Program-made: the position numbers and the translations under genes
Source of the DNA: Syntrophales bacterium
Lineage (GTDB): Bacteria; Desulfobacterota; Syntrophia; Syntrophales; PHBD01
NCBI GenBank assembly: GCA_963668175.1
Contig: OY764159.1
Location: 4,352,001-4,416,000, forward strand
DNA: 64,000 bases
Reading direction: 5' to 3'
Shown: positions 27,034 to 35,405 of the stretch, in pieces
Layout of the letters: each line of letters begins with the position of its first letter
How positions within the stretch are numbered: the stretch's first letter is position 1
Notes under the pieces: generated by a model
The model's input: only the letters and a program-made list of their open reading frames with translations
Told to the model about the DNA's origin: nothing
The model's database searches: none

Positions 27034-28641
27034 ATGAAGATTAAATTTCTAGGGGCAGCAAGAACCGTTACGGGTTCATGTTATCTTTTGGAAACCAAAG
27101 GACGCCGCTTTGCCATCGACTGCGGCATGCATCAAGGCAACGCCGAAATTGAGAAGCGCAATTGGGATACGGATATTTACGAGGCGGCGGAGATCGAATT
27201 TTTCCTGATAACGCATGCCCATATCGACCATTCCGGGCTATTGCCGAGAATCGTCCAGAAAGGATTCCGCGGTCCCATCTACACCACGCCGCCCACTATG
27301 GATCTCCTGAAAATCATGCTCCTGGACAGCGCCCATATCCAGGAGATGGAGGCCCAGTGGAAGAGCAAAAAGCAGCTTCGTCACGGCGGCAAGCAGATCA
27401 AGCCCCTCTATACCCAGAAAGACGCCGAAGCATCGGCGTCCCTCTTCAAGCCCATTGCCTACAATGCGCCCTTCGAACCGATCCCGGGGGTAACCATCAC
27501 ATTGCGGGATGCCGGCCATATTCTCGGCGCCGCCCTCATCGAAATCCGTTTCGAGGAAGACGGTGCTCCCAATAAACTTGTCTTTTCGGGGGACATCGGG
27601 CGTCCATCTCAGTTGATGATGGAAGACCCGTCGGTCGTCGAAGAAGCCGATTTTCTCTTCCTGGAATCGACGTACGGCAACCGCAACCATAAGAACGAAG
27701 CGGACAGCCTTGACGAACTCGCCCACGCGATCGACTACAGTTATACCCGGGGAGAGAAGGTCATCATCCCGGCCTTCGCCGTGGAAAGGACCCAGGAGAT
27801 GATCTATTCGCTCCATCTCCTTAACACGTCCGGTCGCCTGCCGAAGGATATGCCGGTCTACGTCGACAGTCCGCTGGCGATCCAGGCCACAGAGATATTC
27901 AATCGCTACCAGGCCTATTTTGACGAAGACGCCAAGACCCTTCTGAGGAAGGGCGACGATCCCCTGAAGCTGCCCCACCTGCACTACACGCTGACCACCC
28001 AGGAGTCGATGGCCATCAACACGACGGCCGGTCCCGCCGTCGTCATCTCGGCCAGCGGCATGGCCGACGCGGGGCGGATCAAGCACCATCTACGGCATAA
28101 TATATGGCGTGAAGGGGCAAGCATCGTCTTCGTCGGGTTCCAGGCCCAAGGCACCATGGGACGGAAGATCATCGACGGTGCGCAGAAAGTCAGGCTCTTT
28201 AACGAAGATGTCGCCGTTAAAGCCAGGATTTTTACGATCAACGGCTTTTCCGCCCATGCCGGTCAAAGCCAGATTCTCGACTGGCTCGGCCATTTCCGCA
28301 GGAACGGGATGAAGATTTTCCTGGTCCACGGAGAATATACGGCACAGCAAACCCTGGCTGAACTGATCAAGGAGCGCTTCGGTTTTGAGGTTGTCATCCC
28401 AGAGTATCTCGAAGAGACGGTCCTGAAAGCGGGCGAAGTGCTGCAGCCGGTGAAATATCCCGAGCAGGCCGCCCCCCGGATCGACTGGAATTTTCTCCTG
28501 GACGACCTGCAGGCCAAACTGTCCCGGCTGCGCGAGCGTCAGGCCAAGATCGAGGGCAAGCCCTGGGTGGAGCAGACCGATCTTCGCGACCGCGTTCTGG
28601 AGATCAGCCGCGGCATCACCGAACTTGTTACGGAGACTTGA
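27034..28641 (+). CDS. MBL-fold beta-CASP ribonuclease family protein
   Basis: 'GAARTVTGS', 'THAHIDHSG', 'AGHILG', 'SGDIG', 'ESTYG', 'FSAHA', 'LVHGE'. Confidence 0.94.
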   Translation: MKIKFLGAARTVTGSCYLLETKGRRFAIDCGMHQGNAEIEKRNWDTDIYEAAEIEFFLITHAHIDHSGLLPRIVQKGFRGPIYTTPPTMDLLKIMLLDSAHIQEMEAQWKSKKQLRHGGKQIKPLYTQKDAEASASLFKPIAYNAPFEPIPGVTITLRDAGHILGAALIEIRFEEDGAPNKLVFSGDIGRPSQLMMEDPSVVEEADFLFLESTYGNRNHKNEADSLDELAHAIDYSYTRGEKVIIPAFAVERTQEMIYSLHLLNTSGRLPKDMPVYVDSPLAIQATEIFNRYQAYFDEDAKTLLRKGDDPLKLPHLHYTLTTQESMAINTTAGPAVVISASGMADAGRIKHHLRHNIWREGASIVFVGFQAQGTMGRKIIDGAQKVRLFNEDVAVKARIFTINGFSAHAGQSQILDWLGHFRRNGMKIFLVHGEYTAQQTLAELIKERFGFEVVIPEYLEETVLKAGEVLQPVKYPEQAAPRIDWNFLLDDLQAKLSRLRERQAKIEGKPWVEQTDLRDRVLEISRGITELVTET

Positions 28642-28781
28642 TCTCCATCGCCGTACCGGAGGAGGACGCAATATCAACCGCGTCGGACATACTTCTTTCG
28701 ATTGCTATTTTCCATACTTCATAATATGATGAAGCCACTGGTATTACGGCCCTAATCGGTATCTTTCCCAGAGGTGATCTC

Positions 28782-29531
28782 ATGGCAAGGAACATCGCAT
28801 TTACGAACCAGAAGGGCGGCGTCGGCAAGACAACGGCCGCAGTGGGATTGGCATCCGGTTTAACGCTGAAGGGCAAGAAGGTTCTCCTTGTGGACCTCGA
28901 CGCCCAGGGAAATGCCTCTGCGGCCGCCGGTCTCATCATTGAGAACGAAGGCAAAACGATCAAGGATCTTTTTCTGGAAGGGAAAAGTGCCGCCGATTAC
29001 ATCACCAAGACCGGCATCGCGGACATCATCCCCTCCAACAATTCCCTGAAGGACATAGAAATTGAGATCATGAACGGGATGAAGTTCGACCTTCTCAAGA
29101 AGGCCATGAAACCCATCCGGGATACCTACGATTATGTCCTCCTCGACTGTCCGCCCAGCATCAATGTCTTCACCAAGAATGCACTCGCCTTGGCCGACGA
29201 GGTTATCATCCCCGTCGACATGGGATTCTTCTCCCTTCTCGGCTTAAAGCAGCTCCTGGAAGAGATCGTACGCATCAAGAGGGACATGAACCGGTCTCTT
29301 AAGCTGCGCGGCGTCCTGGTCTGCAAATTCGACCGGAGGACGGCCCTTTCCGACCAGGTCCTGGAAACGATGAAGACGAGTTTCCCGAACCAGTTGTTCA
29401 GGACCATGATCCGCGTCAACATCGATTTGGTCAAATCGCAAATCGCCCAGCAAAGCATCTTCGAATATAACCCCAGAAGCACAGGGGCAGAGGATTTTCT
29501 TGCACTAACGGAGGAAATAATCCATGGCTAG
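28782..29531 (+). CDS. parA: ParA/Soj family ATPase (orphan)
   Basis: Deviant Walker A 'NQKGGVGKTT', 'VDLDAQGNA', 'LDCPPS', 'DRRT'; no parB adjacent. Confidence 0.93.
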   Translation: MARNIAFTNQKGGVGKTTAAVGLASGLTLKGKKVLLVDLDAQGNASAAAGLIIENEGKTIKDLFLEGKSAADYITKTGIADIIPSNNSLKDIEIEIMNGMKFDLLKKAMKPIRDTYDYVLLDCPPSINVFTKNALALADEVIIPVDMGFFSLLGLKQLLEEIVRIKRDMNRSLKLRGVLVCKFDRRTALSDQVLETMKTSFPNQLFRTMIRVNIDLVKSQIAQQSIFEYNPRSTGAEDFLALTEEIIHG

Positions 29532-29964
29532 CAAGCGAAGCAAAGAGGATATTGCCGAAAGGTTAAGCGCCCTTAAGCCCAGCGTACCCACCAGCACCCG
29601 GGCCGTCAAGGCCAAAAAGCAGCCGGCCCCGAAGACCGTCAAGACGGCGAAGGCTGCGCCGCCTGTTGCAGCGGCGAAAAAGACTGCGGCACCGGCCAAG
29701 AAGCCTGTAGCGCCGGCCGAAAAACCTGCGGCCCCGAAAGCCGAACCAATCCGGCAGGATGCCCCGGAAAAAGCGGCGGCACCGGCGACCGCCAAGGCCG
29801 CGTTCCCCGGTGTCGAGGCCATGGGGACGCATATCGAAAAGTCTTTGCGTTTACCCTGGATGATGTTCGATGTCTGGCGGGGGGTTGCTCAGGCTTATTA
29901 CGGCATGGCGGAATCGCAGATGAAGTTCCTCGTCAATATGACGTCCTGGAGGATGAAGCTCTAG
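29524..29964 (+). CDS. hypothetical Ala/Lys/Pro-rich protein, putative ParA partner
   Basis: Overlaps the parA 3' end; GGAGG RBS inside parA; basic N-terminus, AKP-rich middle, hydrophobic aromatic C-terminal helix. Confidence 0.75.
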   Translation: MASKRSKEDIAERLSALKPSVPTSTRAVKAKKQPAPKTVKTAKAAPPVAAAKKTAAPAKKPVAPAEKPAAPKAEPIRQDAPEKAAAPATAKAAFPGVEAMGTHIEKSLRLPWMMFDVWRGVAQAYYGMAESQMKFLVNMTSWRMKL

Positions 29965-29983
29965 AGCCTGCCGAGCGGTTCCG

Positions 29984-30436
29984 TCACACGTAATCGCCGC
30001 GGTTGAACTTAATCACTTCCACCGTCGAAGCGACCAGGAGCCGGTTCAGGACGTCCTTGAGGTTATCGCCCTCGGGGAGCGTGTCGAGAACGGGGATCAG
30101 GTTCTGCGTCTCTTCCTCCATCTTGCTGACGAGCGGTGAGACCTGTTTTAAGGTGACGGTCGAATCCTCCATCTGATTCTGATAGGATTCAAGGATATTC
30201 ATGAAGCGGTTGATCCGCTCGACTGTCGCGGCCCTGTCGCCCTGATCCGCCTTTTCCAAAGCTATCCTCGATATGCCGTCCAAGGGGGGCACAACGGAAG
30301 CCCTGTTGCCGGCAGCCGAAGATGCGTCCATAGCTTCCTTGAGAATGTTCCCGAAATTTTCATTCCTGGCGCCGGTCGCCTTTTTGGACGACAAGTCGCC
30401 GGCTACATCATGAATTTCCTTTGGTGTTATTTTCAT
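29984..30436 (-). CDS. hypothetical protein (helical, ends KFNRGDYV)
   Basis: 150 aa with AAGGAG RBS; 'MKI' start and flexible N-terminus; no family recognised with certainty. Confidence 0.75.
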   Translation of the reverse strand: MKITPKEIHDVAGDLSSKKATGARNENFGNILKEAMDASSAAGNRASVVPPLDGISRIALEKADQGDRAATVERINRFMNILESYQNQMEDSTVTLKQVSPLVSKMEEETQNLIPVLDTLPEGDNLKDVLNRLLVASTVEVIKFNRGDYV

Positions 30437-30502
30437 TGGGAATATCTCCTTCTTAGGAATCCGCTCCTCGTGCCGCCGATATTGTTCTTCCCCTTAAAAG
30501 AC

Positions 30503-30530
30503 TTATCGGCATAAATATCATTTTATTAAA
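30503..30530 (-). promoter_or_regulatory. sigma28 (FliA)-type promoter candidate
   Basis: Perfect -10 GCCGATAA on the minus strand (30503-30510) with AT-rich TTAA/TAAT 14-15 nt upstream. Confidence 0.55.
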
Positions 30531-30635
30531 TACTTTATCATTTTTATTTTTCAGGTACAATCCCGACTATATTATAGGTGGGTCCTGTATGCCGGCGTGA
30601 GGCGGCCTCCGCGTCCCGCCCCGGGAGCGGACATG

Positions 30636-30669
30636 AAAAGGCGAATTTTTATAGACATTTTCGCCTTTT
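30636..30669. repeat. 10-bp inverted repeat (terminator or operator)
   Basis: AAAAGGCGAA(30636-30645)/TTCGCCTTTT(30660-30669), immediately before TTGACA at 30673. Confidence 0.6.
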
Positions 30670-30846
30670 ATCTTGACAGCCTCCAAGCTTTCTGGTTATG
30701 TGCACCGCTGCAGCGGACGGACAATTCACCGCAGAAGGTCTTTTCAGCCGGATCGACCGGGTTGACAACCGCGGCGGATGAGAGTTCGGAAATCACCCAG
30801 AATGGAAGCACGATCCCTGCGGACCGGGGAAAGGAAATACCGATCT

Positions 30847-31716
30847 ATGGAGCATGAACACAAACAGGAAGACATCGCGGGCGGCCAGGCCATCATCGAA
30901 GGCGTCATGATGCGCCACGGCAACAAGATCGCTTCGGCCGTCAGGCGTCCCGACAAGGAGATTGTCGTCAAGGAGCAGGATTACATCCCCCTTTCCAAAC
31001 GTATAAAATTACTAGGCTATCCGATAATCCGGGGATTTGTAACCTTGATTGAAATGATGATCATCGGCGTCAAGAGCCTCATGTTCTCTGCGGAAATGGC
31101 CCTGGAGGCAACCGAGGAGAAGCCCAAGGGTTGGGAGATGTCCGTTTCCATGGTCATCAGTTTTTCGCTGGCCATCCTGCTTTTTATCGTCATTCCCGCC
31201 TATTGCTTCACACAGCTTAAAAGCTTCATCGACAACACTATATTACTGAATATCGTCGAGGGCCTGATACGCATGGGAATCTTCCTGGGATTTCTCTGCA
31301 CGACCCTGTTGATGGAAGACATGAAACGGGTCTTCATGTACCACGGAGCGGAACACATGACGGTCTTTGCCTGGGAAGCGGGTCAGGAGCTGACGATCGA
31401 CAATATCAGGAAGCACTCCACCCGCCATCCCCGATGCGGCACGAGCTTCATTCTGGTCGTCATGATCACGTCGATCATTGTCTTTTCGCTCCTCGGACGT
31501 CCGGATTTCCTCGAACGAGTACTCTACAAAATTGTTCTCCTTCCTTTCATCGCCGGCATCTCTTACGAAGTCATCCGCTATACGGGAAAACACCGGAACT
31601 GGCATTGGGTACAATTCCTGAGCTGGCCGGGACTCATGCTGCAAAAGATCACGACAAGGGAACCGACCGACGACCAGATCGAAGTCGCCGTCGAAGCCAT
31701 GAAGCGCGTCATCTAG
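30847..31716 (+). CDS. DUF1385 (YqhQ-like) membrane protein
   Basis: 'GGQAIIEGVMMR', 'YHGAEH', 'HPRCGTSF', 'LQKITTREP...QIEVA'. Confidence 0.93.
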   Translation: MEHEHKQEDIAGGQAIIEGVMMRHGNKIASAVRRPDKEIVVKEQDYIPLSKRIKLLGYPIIRGFVTLIEMMIIGVKSLMFSAEMALEATEEKPKGWEMSVSMVISFSLAILLFIVIPAYCFTQLKSFIDNTILLNIVEGLIRMGIFLGFLCTTLLMEDMKRVFMYHGAEHMTVFAWEAGQELTIDNIRKHSTRHPRCGTSFILVVMITSIIVFSLLGRPDFLERVLYKIVLLPFIAGISYEVIRYTGKHRNWHWVQFLSWPGLMLQKITTREPTDDQIEVAVEAMKRVI

Positions 31717-31720
31717 CGAT

Positions 31721-32212
31721 TTAGTGGGGTCTCATCGTTTTGACCAGGTTGGTCGTGATCAACCCGAAAAACCCCTCTTCTATGGATTGATAAAACCAGC
31801 CCATGTGAAGCATGCAGTTGGAACAGAGGCAAACGGACCAGGCGAACCCCGGAAACCAGGTGAACTCGAAGACGGGGGCGCCGTAAACCGCACATCCGCC
31901 GGCAGTGGAGAAACAGCCGATCTGGAAGGTAACGCCGGCCGGATTGGTAAACGTATGTTCATGCCGTCCGCTGACCGTCACGGCATATTCGGCCAGAGTT
32001 ATCTCCTGCCCGCACCGCCGGCAGAGAATGGGATGCCTCCCCTCCCTAAGACGGACATCATCCTCCTCCTCGGGGAGCACAGAAGCCGCCGGTTTGCCGG
32101 CCGTCTTCTTCAGAAGCTCAAACGGATGGGGACACAATAGATGGGGGTTAAAAAAACTCCCGGATATGCTTGGTATCCCGATAGGATGGCAGGCTTCCGT
32201 CTGTGTATTCAT
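31721..32212 (-). CDS. bacterial cereblon (CULT domain) protein
   Basis: Zn CxxC pairs 'CRRC' and 'CSNC'; 'FTNPAG..F.IGCF', 'EFTWFPGFAW', 'HMGWFY', 'FFGLI'. Confidence 0.92.
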   Translation of the reverse strand: MNTQTEACHPIGIPSISGSFFNPHLLCPHPFELLKKTAGKPAASVLPEEEDDVRLREGRHPILCRRCGQEITLAEYAVTVSGRHEHTFTNPAGVTFQIGCFSTAGGCAVYGAPVFEFTWFPGFAWSVCLCSNCMLHMGWFYQSIEEGFFGLITTNLVKTMRPH

Positions 32213-32385
32213 CGGAACGAAGAACCTCCTTTTTCGTTTATCGCAAGGCCAGGGCTTCCGACCTCGAGTCGTAAGTTATAACGAAAAGGCGACGGCGCGA
32301 AACGGGCACGACATGGTCGGCGCAAAGGCGGTCTATCGATTCTTCCCTAAGATTGTCAGTATGTTAAAGGACTGATACGGCCTTG

Positions 32386-34974
32386 TCAAGGCCCTGGAAG
32401 GATATATGGGCGTCCGAGACTAATCTTTTCCCCAATGACGTCCGTCAGACTGCCTTTCAGGTCTTCGATTTTCTGCAAATCGGTAATTTTCATCTTATCG
32501 CGGTCCGTCACATAAAAGACGTCCACCGCCTGGTCAATCCGCGTCGACAACCGGGCCATATGGATATTGATGCCGTTTTCACTGAAGCAGCGGGCGATTT
32601 TGTGGAGGAGACCGAAATTGTCCGCCGTATCGATTTCGACGACGGTATAGAGACGGGAAAGGCTGTTGTCGATGCCGATATTGATCGACGGCACCGTGGC
32701 GGCCAAACGCAGCGGCTCCGGCGGATATCGCAGGATACGATCCCGCATGAGCGAGTCGGCGGTCGCCTCCTCCCGGGACAGCATACCCCACTTGTGATAC
32801 AGATTGCCGATCCGGTCCGCGCTTGAGATCCGGGGTTTGTCCGGCGCTTCGAGATGAAAAATATCCAACACCTTGCCGTCCGTCGTGGAATAGATACGGG
32901 CGTTTAAAACATTGAATCCTTCAGAGGAAATGCACCCGATGACGTCGCTTAAGAACCCTATCCTGTCGCTGCCGCAGACCGTCAGTCGCTCAAAGCCCAC
33001 AAACATCTCATGGTGAAGCCGAAAGGCATCTCCCTCAACCTCCATGAGCCATGACCGATGCCTTTTTCTATCCTCGGGAGTGTTGTCCTGAAGATAGGCC
33101 GTATCGGTAATGGCAACGAGGGAAAGCTCCGAAGATACGTCTTGTTCCCGCTTGATTGTCTCCGTTACAATGCCATCCCGAAGAGGCTTACCACCACCGT
33201 GAAGAGCGGCAAGCGTTCCTTCGTAGAGCTGTTCCAGCTGATAGGCCTTCCATTCCGTCCAGGTACGGCGTCCGACGCTGCGGATGTCGGCGATGGTCAG
33301 GAGGTAGAGGAGATCGAGCATGTCCTTGTCCCCCAGTACCTCGGCAAATTCGCGGATGTGGTAATCCTCCGGCTCGCGGGACAGGGAAAGATCGGACATG
33401 TCCAGATGATGATAGACGAGAAAGCAGGTCTTCTTCGTTTCCTCGGCACTCATGCCCAGACGCTCGCAGACATTCGCGGCAATGACGGCGCCGCTGTGGG
33501 CATGATTCCCCGGAAGCGACTTGCCGATATCGTGAAGAAGAAGGGCCAATCTCAGGACAAGGGGGTGCGAGAGGCTTCCGTACAGGAGGCGGATATGGTC
33601 GTCGGGGTCATGGGCAAAGGCGTCCGCCGTCTGAAAACATTGTAATGTGTGCTGGTCGATGGTGAATTCGTGATAGGAATCGTATTCGACTTTACAGGTC
33701 AGGGCTGCAAATTGGGGAATCAACCTGCCCAGAAGCCCTGTCTCGTGCATCATCGCCATGGCCTGGCCGATCGGTTCCGGACATTCCATGATATCCCTGA
33801 AAACCGCACCCATGGACTGTGTTCTAAAGTCTTTGGCCTCACCACGGGCGACAATCCCGCGGAGACGGTTACGGAGTTCCACGCTGAGCGTGGCCTTATG
33901 AAGGATCGCATACTTGAATACGCCCAGCGACCATAAGGCCGACCCCACGGAGGGATCATGAGACCGGGTGGAAAAGAGAATGCCGTCCAGGACGGCAATG
34001 CCGGGACCGAGATGATTGGCGCTCAACCTCCGTCGCACGTCGTACCAGATATTCCGGCCGGACGAATCCTGCTCGAGGAAGGCCAGGAGGATCATACGGA
34101 TATCCCGCACTGTCCGGAAGAATTGTTCCATGAGACGGCCGGCGCCATCGGGACCGAAACCGTGCTGCTCGGCGATCGCCGGCTGCAGAGATGTCTCCAG
34201 CACGTCCAGGCGGCGCTTGCAGAGCCAATGGAGCTCCGCCCTGAGACCCATGAGGAAGCCGTAACCGGCTTCAAGCTGGCCGGCCTGGGACATCAGGTAG
34301 TTCGACTTGATGTGCAGGTCCCGGAAGTTGCGCACGCCGTTTCTCACGCGTTCGGCCCAGAGCAGCCTCTGACAGTCGCGGAGGCAGCAGATGCCGTTCT
34401 TCAGGTGAGGCTCTACCCGGTAGATAGCGTTTTCCAGGGAGAATATCCCTTCCCGGAGGGCCTGATTTATTTCGTTCAGGTAGTTTTTCTTCTCCCTTTC
34501 GAAGTAGGGTTTCACAATACCGCTCTGCAGTTTTTCATAGAGCGCCCACTGCCCGGCCAGGTAGCGGCCTTCCAGCAAAGCCGTATCCGTGGAAATGTCC
34601 TGACCGATGATGTCCGCACACTCGGAAAGGGTCCGAACAACGCACCCCATGGTCAGTCCGATATCCCAAAAGAGGTGGATGGCCTGATCGAGGCAGGCCT
34701 TGTCGCTTCCGTTCTCAAGGAGAATAAGAATATCCACGTCGGAGTATGGACATAACTCCTTGCGGCCGTATCCGCCCAGAGCTACGAGACAGACACCGAG
34801 GTGCGGAACCGCAGACTCGACCTGGGAACCGAATATTTCGCCCAGGATCAGGTCGACTTCCTGGGCGTAATCACGAACGGTCTTGAGCGGTTCGAGGCGG
34901 ATACGATCCGAATCGAAAAGCTGCGTCCTGGCGTCGGCCAGGCGGGTTCGATAGGCGGCAACCGATTCATGCAT
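32386..34974 (-). CDS. glnD: PII uridylyltransferase / uridylyl-removing enzyme
   Basis: NTase 'ALGGYGRKELCPYSDVD', HD 'LLHDIGK', 'YHEFTIDQH', two C-terminal ACT domains ('DRIGFL', 'DNFGLL...DVFYV'). Confidence 0.93.
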   Translation of the reverse strand: MHESVAAYRTRLADARTQLFDSDRIRLEPLKTVRDYAQEVDLILGEIFGSQVESAVPHLGVCLVALGGYGRKELCPYSDVDILILLENGSDKACLDQAIHLFWDIGLTMGCVVRTLSECADIIGQDISTDTALLEGRYLAGQWALYEKLQSGIVKPYFEREKKNYLNEINQALREGIFSLENAIYRVEPHLKNGICCLRDCQRLLWAERVRNGVRNFRDLHIKSNYLMSQAGQLEAGYGFLMGLRAELHWLCKRRLDVLETSLQPAIAEQHGFGPDGAGRLMEQFFRTVRDIRMILLAFLEQDSSGRNIWYDVRRRLSANHLGPGIAVLDGILFSTRSHDPSVGSALWSLGVFKYAILHKATLSVELRNRLRGIVARGEAKDFRTQSMGAVFRDIMECPEPIGQAMAMMHETGLLGRLIPQFAALTCKVEYDSYHEFTIDQHTLQCFQTADAFAHDPDDHIRLLYGSLSHPLVLRLALLLHDIGKSLPGNHAHSGAVIAANVCERLGMSAEETKKTCFLVYHHLDMSDLSLSREPEDYHIREFAEVLGDKDMLDLLYLLTIADIRSVGRRTWTEWKAYQLEQLYEGTLAALHGGGKPLRDGIVTETIKREQDVSSELSLVAITDTAYLQDNTPEDRKRHRSWLMEVEGDAFRLHHEMFVGFERLTVCGSDRIGFLSDVIGCISSEGFNVLNARIYSTTDGKVLDIFHLEAPDKPRISSADRIGNLYHKWGMLSREEATADSLMRDRILRYPPEPLRLAATVPSINIGIDNSLSRLYTVVEIDTADNFGLLHKIARCFSENGINIHMARLSTRIDQAVDVFYVTDRDKMKITDLQKIEDLKGSLTDVIGEKISLGRPYILPGP

Positions 34975-34980
34975 ACATTA

Positions 34981-35328
34981 TTACAGCGCTTCGGAACCCC
35001 GTTCCCGGGTCCGGATGCGCATGGCGTCTTCCAGCGGCAGGATGAAGATTTTACCGTCGCCGATCTTTCCCTCCACGCCCGTGCGCGCGGCATCGGCTAT
35101 GGCATTCACGGTTGATTCGACGTACTTCTCGTCTACGGCAATCTCCAGCTTCACCTTCCGGATGAAATTGATCTGATATTCGTGCCCCCGGTACGATTCC
35201 GTATGCCCTTTCTGCCGGCCGACCCCTTGAACATCGGAGACGGTTAACCGAAAAACTTCGATATGGCTCAGTGCTTCCTTGACAGCTTCCAGACGGGTGG
35301 GCTGAATGATGGCAATAATATATTTCAT
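34981..35328 (-). CDS. glnK: nitrogen regulatory protein PII (GlnK/GlnB)
   Basis: 'GVGRQKGHTESYRGHEY' (T-loop Tyr), 'KVKLEI', 'IGDGKIF', 'RIRTRE'; named glnK because it follows amt. Confidence 0.93.
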   Translation of the reverse strand: MKYIIAIIQPTRLEAVKEALSHIEVFRLTVSDVQGVGRQKGHTESYRGHEYQINFIRKVKLEIAVDEKYVESTVNAIADAARTGVEGKIGDGKIFILPLEDAMRIRTRERGSEAL

Positions 35329-35405
35329 GTTCTTCCTCCTTCATCAGTGTAGTGTGGGGAACATCCCAAAAGATTATAGAGAGTCGTGCGCCCGTTTTCC
35401 ACCAT

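Noticed and set aside
29600..29810. Repetitive GCC/AAG/CCG DNA as a tandem repeat or CRISPR-like array
   Set aside because: Explained by Ala/Lys/Pro low-complexity coding; there is no fixed repeat-spacer periodicity.
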